DNA from: Paraspadella gotoi
Taxonomy: Eukaryota; Animalia; Chaetognatha
Length of the DNA stretch: 64,000 bases
NCBI GenBank assembly: GCA_051294375.1
Contig: JBJCIZ010000239.1
Coordinates: forward strand, 4,196,402 to 4,260,401
Direction of reading: 5' to 3'
The notes below the pieces were generated by a model that saw nothing but the letters and a program-made list of their open reading frames with translations, did no database searches and was not told the origin of the DNA. This document shows, piece after piece, positions 30,900 through 42,350 of the stretch (positions are counted from its first letter, which is position 1; each line of letters opens with the position of its first letter). A program made the translations under genes and the position numbers.

Positions 30900-33800
30900 G
30901 GTCTAGGTCGAGTTTCAGCGTTCGTCGCCGATCGAGGTGGTTTAACGCGTGCATGTTCAATCTTCCTCGCCCGATGCTCGGATTTCCAGCGCGTTATTTC
31001 AATCCGTTCCCTATTTAAACCACTCCTGTAAGGTCCCTCATTATGGGGAACGCAGTGGTGGTGTACTCCTGCCCCTTTTTATGAATACATATGAGCTGAG
31101 TCGAGGTTGCTGGGGATGTGTACAGTCGGTTGGCGATGGGCCGATGTCGGTAAGTTGGCTGTAATCTAGCGACTTCGACTCGAAGCTTGGCTAGTTGTTG
31201 TCGGCGCGATTTTGGAGAGTGGCGTCCACTTCTGGAGGCTGTAGACAATGCAGCCGGGGACGGCTGATCCCTTCTCAAACACTAAATCGGCTGCCTGAGG
31301 CGCCTATGTCCCTCTTTGATTGTCGTTCTGATGGCCAAAAGCGTCATGGGAAGTTTCCGTACCATTGTTCCTCGATTTTCTTGGCTAAGGCGCTGAGGTT
31401 GATTCCTTGAGGCGTCCATGAACCTCTCACCAGGCCGTTGCCTGGGATGGTACGCCGTTGTTGTTCTTGGTGTTTTGATCCCCCATGTTTAATGAGCTGT
31501 CTCCAACAAGGCAGAGTTAACTGTGTCGTCTGTCGGTTTGTTATCGTCGCTGGGGTACCGAAAAATAGCTTCACTCGTGGCTCAAATGCGTCCAAGATAG
31601 TTGACGTTATAGTATCCTTATTGGGATAGCTGCTGGCCATCTGGAGAATCTGTCGACTATGGTCAGTCAGGTTCGACAAATCCGTTGAGTTTGGCATCTT
31701 AACCAATCTAGGTTTATGTGTTTGAAAACGGCGTGATGGTATTCGAAATTCGCCGATTTCTGGTACACGTGACGAGTAAATTCTTTGCTGTTTGACAGTC
31801 TAGGGCACTCCCTTCGTCCACTTGGACAATCCTGGCGCATGTTTGTCACACGAAATTTTTGCGCATAGCTTGGCGAGTGGCCTCAGACGCCACGGATGTC
31901 CTATCATGTATGAAGTGAAAACTTTTTTGCGCCACGACGCCGGGACGAATGGCCTCGCTGGCCCGTTAGAAATGTCGGCTAGTAAACTCCTGTTCTCCCG
32001 ACTTTTGATTTTCTAAAGGTTAATCCCGTTCCTCGCGTCTTCTGCGATTTTCCTATAAGTTCGGGGTCGAGGCGTTTTTGTTCTTGGGCCATGCCTCAAA
32101 GTTGATTTCGAATTCGTGACAGCGACGCTATCATCGCTTGTGGTCTTCCAGTTTGTCGATCTCTTTCATCTGCTTCTGCTGAGGTGAGGCAGTTGAACGG
32201 CTGGAGGCGTTGAATGATGGCGCTGGTAAGTTTGTCCGATGAGTCTGCGCGGTTTTCTCGATGACGCTGGCTGTGTTTTTGCTGCGCGTCGTTGCTGGCG
32301 TCATTGCGCTTACCGCCGCTGTTTCCTGCCGCTGCTGGCGCTTGCTGTCGTCGATCGAAAACGGCGGCGAGAGTGTCGAATGAGATGACGACATCGTGAT
32401 GGCGCCGAGGATTGATGTCGACGGCGCTGTCGTCGCTGTCTGCGCTGCTGGGCGGCTGCGGTCGCTGTGGCTGCTGCTGTTGCGGCTGTCGAGGCTGATT
32501 TTTCTGCTATAGGCGCTTCCAATGTGGCGTTTGGTCGCGACAACGCATCGGCGACCCCGTTAGCTTTTTTCCTTTTAAGTACCTGATATCGGTTGTGAAT
32601 TCTGCTATGACTGATTAGCTATATGATTGCCTGACTGTTTGTGTTCAGCCTTCTTTTTGATCGCTGGACAGAGGGCCTTTGGTGATCAGTATATAAGTAA
32701 AAGCTCTACTCGATCCAATGTCTGAAATGTCTGACGGCCTTCGAACGCGCCAAAAAGTTCTTTGTCCGAAAGGCGGCCATAATTTTTTGGTTTTTTGCCA
32801 GTTTGGTGGAACAAAGGGCCAGGGGTTCCACCTCCCCTTTGTCCTCGTTGTTCTAGCACAGCTCCGACTGCTTGGGTCGGCAGGCATCTGTTAGTGATCA
32901 GAGTTTGAGCTCCTGTTCTCGATGGTGGAGCAAGGGGCTTGAATTAGGCCTTCCTTGATGCTCGAACGCCGTTCACAGTCTTCAGTCCAGTTGAAGGCAT
33001 TTGGGCTTCCCGCTCACGCCTCGTAGAGAGGGTGCACAGTGTTGCTACTTTCGGGATAAAAAATCGCCGATAGTAGTTTGATCATTGCCCCAAAAACCTC
33101 TGCAGTTCTTGATGGTTGTTGGGGACGAGTTGTTCCTGCAGGGTTTGGACACGTTTCGGTAATGGTCTATTTAACGCCGTTTTTCCAAAATCCGGGATTC
33201 CAACGACTCCTGCCCAATAGGCCATTTTTAGTGTTTCCACTAATCGTTGGGCCAGAGCCTTAAGACTCTTCGAGGTCTTGGTAGTGTCCTCGCTGAACGG
33301 ACGAATCCAACCAAAATGTGTCGAGATAAACGAATGTATGGGGTATGTCTCCAGTATCTCATCATGAGTCCCCTCTGGAAGTCCTGTCCGGCGTTTTTTA
33401 GGCGAACGGACCATCTTGGAAGACATATAACCAAATGGTGTGATGAAACAGCGTCTTCTTAACATCCTCAGGATTGACTGGAATCTGATGAATATCTTTC
33501 AAACAGATCTATTTTTTGAGAAAATCGTTTTTCCTCTAATTGGAGATTAAAAATCACTGAGGAGTGACTGGAATATTTATCATCAAACCCAGTCTGCGCG
33601 TTTAGCCGCCTGTAATCTACCGCAGCACGCCACCCATTCAGGTTTTTCTACGACATGGAGGGGGCTCGACGACCACTCGGATTTCCCAACGCTTGGCGTG
33701 CCAAGTGAGACCATTTTTTCTAGCTCACGTTTTCGCTACGCTAGCTCTCTGCATCCAACGGCGGGGCTCCGAGACTGACATGGTCTCCCTTCTTACCGTT

Positions 33801-34300
33801 GGGATGGAGTGCGTTACCCCCAGCTTGGGTTCCTTGACCTCGAACGTGGGCGTCGACAGTGAGGGAAATGACTCAAGTTACTAAAACTTTTCCCCTGGCG
33901 TCGACGAAGTTGACGTGTGACTCTCTTCCGTCGTCGTTGAGCCGTCGATCGTTCGAGTAGTCGCGAAGGTCTAGTAGGAGGCCGTCCGCGGTGGTTCGGC
34001 CAGACAGTTTTCTGCTAGAAAGTCAGCTCCTAATATATGCCTGTTTTCACGTTCGGACGAACGAAGGTGTAGTGAAATTCGCGATTTCAAAGCTGCAACG
34101 ATTTTGTCGACTGTCCCGAAACATTCTATTAGTGAACGTTGGCTGCTGAAGTCCTCATGTCTGGGTCCGGGCTTTCTGGCGTTGCTCTCGAGTTGGTGGT
34201 ACCATGAAGAAGGAGAGCTCTCCATCTATCAGCATTTGGTCGATCTCTGGCGTCGCGGCATGTGGAGGAGTTATTTGGCGCCGGTGAGTGGGTTGAGGCG
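30900..34300 (-). CDS. pol: Gypsy pol polyprotein (protease, RT, RNase H, integrase), broken by many 1-bp indels
   Basis: Motifs read across frameshifts: protease ILGADFL (~34015-34040); RT PLHVVEK, VDYRRLNAQT (~33590-33670), ITPFG, and LGDIPHTFVYLD (YxDD region, ~33320-33360); thumb LQRFLG..NYYRR; RNase H AVGAVLEQ, FDKELF and AVRHFRHWIESRAF (~32680-32900); DALSR (~32535-32550); integrase HHCC region (~31780-31910) and core HINLD, FGTPATIT, GNGLV (~31400-31730). Confidence 0.92.
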
Positions 34301-35224
34301 AGGGGGACGGCGTTCACGGCGTCGACGGCCCCCCTTTGGCGTTTCCCTCACGCCTCTTTTGGCTTTTTCGTCGATCGTGAATCCCCCGGCTCACAGACCA
34401 TGCTCGTGCAATTTACGTGTTTTTGGCAGAGGTCGTGAGGCTTTGCTTTTTGGTTTGTCCTTTTTTTCCTTGGAACTGTTTCTTCTCTTCGCCTTGAAGA
34501 CTCGTTTTTTGTTGGGCGCCAATCGCGTTGACGCCTTCGCTGTCTCTGAATCGGAGTTTTCGCTGATCTCTAGCATAATGATTGACGTTGCTGATTAGCG
34601 TCGAACGCGGATTTTATTTTGACGTTGCCTTCGTTAATCGAAATGTCGGTCGGCGATCCCGCACAGTTCTCTGCGCGATAATTCGTCCCGCTTTATCCTC
34701 GAGTTGAGCTCTAATATCGAGTGGAAGTTCACGAAGATCTTCTCTTACGTATGTCATCAAATGTCAACGTTCTCGTCCTTCTCCTCTTTGATGGGCAAAG
34801 GAAGTTTCCCGGAAGGGGTTTTCCACAGGCCGTCCGGCGTCGAGAGTATCAAGCATTATTCGCTGTCTGCTGGCGTCGAGTCAATCCTACTCTTTTCTAA
34901 GGTATCCCTCGAGGAAGTTGGCCATTGCTGATTCTGTTGCTTCGCCATAGCGAAATTGGATTCATCCTGGGATCCCACTTTAACGCCTATTTTTGGATTC
35001 CAGATAGCGATTTCGACTTGGGGAGGTTACGCGGCGCGTTGTCGCCGCTCAACCCTTTTAATCCAGATTTCACAATGTTTGATGGTCGAAGTCTGGCAAA
35101 TCGGCTTTCCGGTTCGATGCCCGTTCCAAAGCGCGCGTGGCGGCGGCCAAAACGGCGCGTAGCTTCGCGTTTTCGTCGTGACATTCTCTGGGGTCGCTCC
35201 GCCTGTCGCCATGTTGGCGTCCAC
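34300..35224 (-). CDS. gag: Gypsy gag (frameshifted in this assembly)
   Basis: The fragment YAPFWPPPRALW resembles the LPPFWP..P.LWF N-terminal motif of Gypsy Gag. A basic, Cys/His-containing C-terminal part follows (~34330-34570). Its position between the 5' LTR and the protease fits gag. Confidence 0.7.
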
Positions 35225-35623
35225 GAAGTTTTAACCTCGCTGACTTGCTGAAACTGAAGGATGGGGCCGCGTCGGCGAAAAACCTGAGACGTTGACGCGC
35301 TCTTGAGTCCCTCTTCCGAATCCTCGTCCTGGTTTTGGAGGCTTATTTGCGTCGTCTCCCGCCTGGGTCCTCGCGTTGCGCTGGGATGAGCGGAGACGTG
35401 AGCGGATCTCTGAGTCGCCCATTGAACGTTCGTGATGTCTCGTCGACGTTTTAGATCCGCGACGTGTATTGGGATAAAGATTGGAGAAGGAAGAGTGAAC
35501 AGAAGATTGGGTGTATAAGCTTAAAACCAGATTCCTCGCCAATCTTACCTCGGAAAAAGACCGAGTTGGGCTTTGAATCCCCTTCTGGAAGGTTTGGCTA
35601 GGTTCTGCGGTCGTTCTCACAAG

Positions 35624-36097
35624 TGTGCGAGGCTCCAGGGTCGCGAAAGCGTTGACAAGAGTCTTGACACGTTAGTGACAGAGCACTAATGACATGACGA
35701 TGATGACTTTATCGAGAGGCGGCATGTAAGCAGGGAAAGCATGTCAACGGTGATTAAGAAGCCACTTGTTTATCAATTGATTTTGTTTCATGAGATAAAA
35801 GTAGTTGATTCGATTCGGTTTTTTATTAAAACAGTTTCTCACTTTAATAATCGTAGTCAGTTACATTTAGAAGAAGAATTAAAACATTGTCTTTCATTGA
35901 TTGATCCCAGAATGTTTTATTCAGAGTGAATACAAGAGTGAAATAAAAACAGGAAAAGTAGACGTTCTCAGGTGAACAATCATAATAAAGGCAGTTTTGA
36001 ATTATTACAGAGCCATATGTTATGTGAGGAAAGAATCAAACGGTTTTAACTGAAACAAAAGGTCTTCGAATCTGATTTATACAGTCAGGTGGCCACA
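35624..36097 (-). repeat. 5' LTR of the Gypsy element
   Basis: Direct repeat of 29755-30240; differences are mostly 1-bp indels. It lies upstream of gag on the minus strand. Confidence 0.93.
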
Positions 36098-37247
36098 GGA
36101 ATGGAGGCTTTTGAAAGATGTTGTGTTTTGGGGTTTTCTATTTTTTATTCTGTCGGATTTTCCTTTCGGGTTTAAAACAAAAAAAAATTCAAGAGAGTAG
36201 GAGACGAGAAAAAAAATATTGTGGAAAATTTGTCGAAGAAGAGATTTTAAGAGTCACTTTTCAGATCAAAATGACACTGAGAGAGTTAAAAAGCCCGTTC
36301 ACGGAGAGAGTTCACAATCACAGATGTAGACTTGTAACTTATATACGTCACATCTACTGTAAAAAAATATAATCGAACCATAAATCAATCGATCAATAAT
36401 CATTCAATATCAATCAATCAATCAATCAATAGCCAATGTATAAAGGGTCTAGTTTTTCTAATATTATGGAAAACGGTTAGTTTATGGGTTAGAGTGATCG
36501 AGTTAGGTTAGGAGATTGCGGATTATGGTTAGAATCTATTAAGGTTAGGATTAGGGTTGGTAATGAAGGTAAATTATTAGGGTTGAATATTGGAATTAAA
36601 ATTAAGTTTTAAAAACAAAAGAGGTTAGGTTTATAAGTTTCATGTTTTTAAGTGACATCGAAAATGATCAATTGTTAGCGTCATCTATGACTTTAATTAA
36701 ATAGGTGGTCATTTATGAACTTCTGTATGTCTTTTTTTTCAGCCCATTGTTTCATAATCACGTCAGGGAAACGAAGTTTTCTTATTTTTTTTTTTGGAAT
36801 AATATTTTTTATGTTTGTTTTTAACTTTTTATTTATTTATTTTTTTGTTTCTCTTTCACGCGACGAATACACGAAGATCTTTGTATTATTTCCCTCTGTT
36901 TCGGTCTGTCTCCTACTCTCTCATCTCTCTCATCTCTCTCTCTCGTCTCTCTCTCTCTCTCCTTCTCTCTCTCTCTCTCTTCTCTCACGCCTCCCCCTCC
37001 CTCCTCCTCCCCTCATCCCACTCGCCTTCTCGAAACATTCTATTCTTTCCTTTTTTTTTAATATTTCCCCCCAATTTTTTGTCAAAACGCTTCCGCGAAA
37101 GAATTGATTTATATGTGTTTTGTATATAAAGCGTTTTTTTTTTGGGCTTTTCAATTCAACACCCCTTTTTCCTTTTTGTTGGCAGCTCCACTCGTTTTTG
37201 CGGCGATTCTGAGATCCAGCCTCATTTTTTGGGGGGGGAGGAGGGAA

Positions 37248-37307
<60 letters not shown>

Positions 37308-37516
37308 GGGAGTTTATTCTCCGCATATCTCGGCAACTTCCTCTTTGCCCTTTTTTTTTCTCAAAACGCTTTATGATTTGAGACGGGGCTTCGCTTTCCT
37401 GCTTTTACTTTTTTTCTCTTCTCTCTTTGAAGCGTCTATTTGACCACTGTCTTTCACTCTCTCTGTCCCCCCCTTCTCTCTCCCTTCTCTGTCTCTCTCT
37501 CTCTGTCTCTTCTCTG

Positions 37517-37547
<31 letters not shown>

Positions 37548-38305
37548 GCTCTCTCTCATCGTCTCTCATCTCTCTCTCTCTCTCGTCTCTCTCTCTCTCA
37601 GAATAAATCAATCAATCTCTCTGTATTGTTCTTATTAGGAAAATAAATGTTTGACATAGTTCTATCAATCAATCAACATCATCATATTATTTTTTAAGTT
37701 TTGAACTCCTTGGCCTCTTTTTTTATGTGACTCTCTTTGGCCTCTTCCGTTGCTCTTTCAAACGCGACCCCGCTCGGGCGCAGTCCGCGCTTCTCTTTTC
37801 GCCCGGTTTTACGGCCCTCACGTTCGTTTACCCAGCCCTCTCTTCTCTCTCTCTCTCCTTTCTCTCCTCTCATCTTCCGTCGTCTCTCTCTCTCTCTCTT
37901 CTCTCTTCTCTCTCTCCTCTCTCTCATCCCTTTCTTCTCCCTCTCAGCGGGGCAACGAAAAAGTGATCCGATAAGTGAAAAGGTCAGGAGGCGGGTCACG
38001 TGTTACTCACGTTCCGAGTCGCAATCCGGGGGTGTGGAAGGTCAGAGTCCAGGGATCAGGGGATGCACCCAGTCCGGGGGGGTGGGAGGGTCAGAGTCCA
38101 GGGGATCACGACCTTTTCTTCTGAAGGTCACCTACGATTCAACCCAAAACTCAAAGCATTAAATTCACGATACGAAGACCAGTGCGACAATGTGTGACCA
38201 CGTGACAAGCTTGGAGATTTAATCCGACACGAAGGGAAGATCAGTAGTCGGGCATCTGTAGTCGGACATCTGTAGTCGGGCATCGCAATAAGTTCACATT
38301 GACGA

Positions 38306-38482
38306 TAAGCATGACACCTTCAGTCGTGACTCGGTGGCTCATTGAGTATTATAATCAGCTCATGACCATTAGGCACCGGGATCGATCCCCAATGGTACCT
38401 TCCCTGCGGGAAGCGTGAAGACGGCCGTAAACCGCCTTGAGGGGCTTGGAAAACCTTCAAGACTGGTTCCAAGCCTAGGACC
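38306..38482 (+). mobile_element. Dispersed repeat with a tRNA-like segment (SINE-like)
   Basis: A-box-like TGGCTCATTGAG and B-box-like GGATCGATCCC at tRNA spacing. Diverged homologues lie at ~8928-9090 and ~15204-15380. Confidence 0.5.
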
Positions 38483-39134
38483 CGATCCTTGGCTGCCAGA
38501 GGGGGTTAAACAAGTTTCGGTAAACACCCTTCAACCTATTTAGCGCCTTATTCTACGCACAAAGTTTTTAAAAAAATCATCCGTCGTACCAATCACAAGG
38601 TTGTCACGCGTCAATCAATAAATCGTTAGGGGCCAATTACAAGTTCGTCACGCATCAATCACAAAATCGCTAGTTTGTCATTTGTCTGGCGTCAATCGAA
38701 AAGTGCCAATCAGTACCTTGACTTGTTTGTCACGCACCAATCAAAAAAATATCCTGTGAAAATCACAATCCAATCGTCTAGAAATTGAAGTGAGAGAAAT
38801 CATTTGATTCTGGTTCAGTCAATCAGTCAGTCAGTGATGATGGAAGCTTCGTCCTTCACATCACGGCGATAATTAATTAGAGAACATCGATAAAATCATT
38901 AAGAATATTTCTACGTCTCTCTCTCTCTCCTCTCTCTCTCTCTCTGCTCTCCTCTCTCTCGTCTCCTCTCTCTCTCTCTTCTCTCTTTTCTTTTATTTTC
39001 GCCCTTAATTTCCTTTTTCTTTTCTTAAAAAAAAATCTTTTATTTCGAAATGATTTTCGTTAGAAACGAGAAATTTTCGACGCTTCTTTCTCTCTTTTTA
39101 ATCTTTGTCTGAATTTAGAGAGAGAGGATGAGAG

Positions 39135-39165
<31 letters not shown>

Positions 39166-40264
39166 GGAAGGAGAGAGAGAGAGAGAGAGAGGAGAGGAGA
39201 GAGATAGAGATGAGAGAAGGGGAGAGGAGAGAGAGGAAAAACGAGGAAGAGAAAGAAAGAGATTCTTCGTTTTCGTTCTTTCTGCGATTCAAATTTTTAT
39301 TTTGAAAGCCCGCTAGAGAGAGAGGAAGAGAGAGAGAGAGGAGAGAGAGGAGAGAGAGAGAGAAGAGAAAAGATGAAGAGAGAGTAGAGAAAGAGAGAAA
39401 GAGAGAGAGAGAGAGAGGGAGAGGAGGAGAGAGGAAGAGAGAGATAAAAAGGGGAAAATGACGTCTTAATGATTTTCTAAGATTTTTTTTTTCCTTTTGA
39501 AAAAAAAATTTAGTTTTTTATTTTTATTTTTTTAGATGAATAAAAATAGAGAATAGAAAAAAAAAGAAAGAAATAAAAGAAACAAAAGAAAATAAAGGAA
39601 AAAGGAAAAAAAATGAAACAAAATGGAAGACAACTTAGAGGATAAAAAGGAAAGAACANNNNNNNNNNNNNNNNNNNNNNNNNNNNNNNNNNNNNNNNNN
39701 NNNNNNNNNNNNNNNNNNNNNNNNNNNNNNNNNNNNNNNNNNNNNNNNNNNNNNNNNNNNNNNNNNNNNNNNNNNNNNNNNNNNNNNNNNNNNNNNNNNN
39801 NNNNNNNNNNNNNNNNNNNNNNNNNNNNNNNNNNNNNNNNNNNNNNNNNNNNNNNNNNNNNNNNNNNNNNNNNNNNNNNNNNNNNNNNNNNNNNNNNNNN
39901 NNNNNNNNNNNNNNNNNNNNNNNNNNNNNNNNNNNNNNNNNNNNNNNNNNNNNNNNNNNNNNNNNNNNNNNNNNNNNNNNNNNNNNNNNNNNNNNNNNNN
40001 NNNNNNNNNNNNNNNNNNNNNNNNNNNNNNNAAATTTTTTTTTAGAAAAAAAAATAATAATAATAAAAAAGAAAAGTATAAATAGAGAAGATAAAAAAGA
40101 GAGAAAAAAATAGAAAAGTAAAAATAGAAAAGAAGGGAGAAGAGATTTAGACTTTCAAATCAATTTTTTTTATATACGTGTGAGTGTGTGAGAGAGAGTG
40201 TGAGGAAATGTGAGAGGGTGACAGATGTGCTCTCGTGACACTCGCAAATGTGATTAATTTATTT

Positions 40265-40312
40265 ATCGCTGATGAAGACTCTCCCAAAAACAACAGTCGA
40301 AACATGTCCGAT
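40265..40312 (+). ncRNA. Minimal type-I hammerhead ribozyme (second family)
   Basis: atcg-CTGATGA-a-gact(ctcccaaaaacaac)agtc-GAAA-catg-TC-cgat. Stem I atcg/cgat and stem II gact/agtc pair perfectly, with the same ACATGT stem III as at 60.8 kb. Confidence 0.82.
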
Positions 40313-41901
40313 TTTATGTAAACATTAAAATCAAACCAATCGTGGCTGAAGCTTATTAAATCGTTTCGTTTTTTCTTCGAAATGAGAGAAATAACAGGAC
40401 GTCCACAATCAGTGTTACAAATCTTCTACGACAACCTAGATTTCAAAGGCAGTCTGTCCATCAATCCATCCATCGGTCGGTCAGTTAGAAAAAGTCCATT
40501 CGATCCGTCAATGTGTCGGTCGGTAGGTTACTTCGCCTTCCTGTCCGTACAGTTCTTTTTTTTTTGGGTGGATGCGGTCCGTCAATCCGTCCGTCATTTC
40601 GATTATCCGTCCGCGCGGACGAACTTCGAAATGGTCATTGGTCCGCGTTGGTCCATCTCGCACACGCTCGAAAAAAAGTAGGGGGGGAAGAAATGACCTC
40701 GCTGAATCTTTTACGTCGTCGTCGTTGTCGTCGTCGTCGTTTTCGTCGTCGTTTTCGTCGTCGTCTTCGACCTCCAAGATTCATGACTCAACATAAAACC
40801 CAGTATTCTTTCTTTTCTTTTCTTCTTTTTCCTTTCTTTTTTTCTTTTTCTTTTCTTTTCTTCTTTTTTCTTTTCTTCTTTTTCTTTTCTTCTTTTTCTT
40901 TTCTTTTCTCTTTTTCTTTTCTTTTCTTATTTTTCTTTTCTTTTCCTCTTTTTCTTTTCTTTTCTTTTTTTTTCTTTTCTTCTTTTTTTCTTCTTTTTTT
41001 TCTTTTCTATTTTTCTTTTCTTATTTTTTTTTCTTCTTTTTCTTTTCTTTTCTATTTTTTTTCTTTTTTTCTTTTTTTTTCTTATCTTCTTTTTCTTTTC
41101 TTTTCTCTTTTTCTTCTCTTTTTTCTTCCTCTTTCCTTTATTCTTTTCTTTTTTTTTCTCTTTTTCTCTTCTTCTCTCTTTTTCTTTTCTTTTCTCTTTT
41201 TCTCTTCTCTACTTTTTTTCTTTTCTCTTTTTAAACTTTTTTCCATCTTTTCATAACTATTTTCTCCTTCCTATTATTCCTTTTTCTTCTCTTTACATAC
41301 TCTCTAACTTACCTCTCTCGCCTCTTCTTTCTTTTTCCTCTCTTTCCATTCTCTTTCTTTTCTCATCCATCTTTTAAATAAAAGAAAAAAGAGAGAAAAG
41401 GAGAAAGAAAAAAAATGAATCAAATGGTTAATCGTCGTCATTTTCTTCTTCATTTCACACATTTTTCATTCCACGCTATCTTCGTCGTCGTCGTCGTCGT
41501 CGTTATTGTCGTCCTCTTCGTCGTCGTCCCCTTGCTCGTTGTCGTCGTTCGTCTTCATTGTTGTTGTTCCTGTAATCGTTGTTTTTTTTTAGGATTTCAC
41601 AAACTTCTCCTTATATTTTTAATTCATTTTTAAATTCATCATTTTCTGTTTTCTTTCTAGTATTTTAGGTCTACTTCCTTCCTTCTTCCTTCCTCCCTTT
41701 TTCCTCCCTTCCTCCCCTCCTTCCTCCCTTTCTTCCCCCCTTCCTTTCCTCCTTCCTCTCTTCCTCCCCTACTTCCTCCCTTCCTTCCTCCCTTTCTTCC
41801 TCTTCTCTTTTCTCTTCTTGTCATCGAAGGAATTTTAATGTTGTCCGCGCGTGTCGATCGTGAACGGTAAGTTTTCCTTCTGACCCAAAGAGAGAGGTCA
41901 A

Positions 41902-42022
<121 letters not shown>

Positions 42023-42100
42023 ACTAGAAAGACAGACAACCTACTGACAGCGGCTCATAAATGAAACCTTACCAAAAGAAAAAAGATTATGAAACATTTC

Positions 42101-42350
42101 TGGCACTCTTTTTCGAAATTCCCCATTAATCACTGAATTTTGGTTTTGATACAAATACTTTTTCAAATCCCTAAGCTTAATCTTTATTACTTAACTTAAT
42201 TCTACTCCATAACCTTAATCCTTAATCCTTAACCAAAATCCATAAACATATCCACTAATCCTAAACCTTTATCCTAACCCTTAACTTAATCATAAAACTT
42301 ACTTAATTATGAATTTAAGCCAAAAGGGGGCGCTTTTGAAAAATATGGCA
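42101..42350. mobile_element. MITE-like element, same TIR family
   Basis: tggcactctttttcgaaattccccatt ... aaagggggcgcttttgaaaaatatggca, with a cctaa/cttaa-rich interior. Confidence 0.55.

Larger units (their letters stand above)
29755..36097 (-). mobile_element. Full-length Ty3/Gypsy LTR retrotransposon (~6.3 kb)
   Basis: Two ~480-bp direct LTRs (29755-30240, 35624-36097) with TGTG(G)C...GCCACA termini. GGAA target-site duplication at 29751-29754 and 36098-36101. The minus strand encodes gag-PR-RT-RNaseH-IN in Gypsy order. An uninterrupted site is present at 22994-22997. Confidence 0.96.

Noticed and set aside
37694-37830. EAKEFK on the minus strand as a possible Tob PAM2 motif
   Set aside because: Lacks the L(S/N)PxA context and runs out of an AG tract; insufficient support.
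37995-38227. Possible solo LTR (gtcacgtg...cacgtgaca)
   Set aside because: No target-site duplication, partner LTR or PBS visible.
40513-41256. 247-aa Phe/Ser/Leu-rich ORF resembling a membrane protein
   Set aside because: Produced by a T/C low-complexity tract that lacks stop codons.
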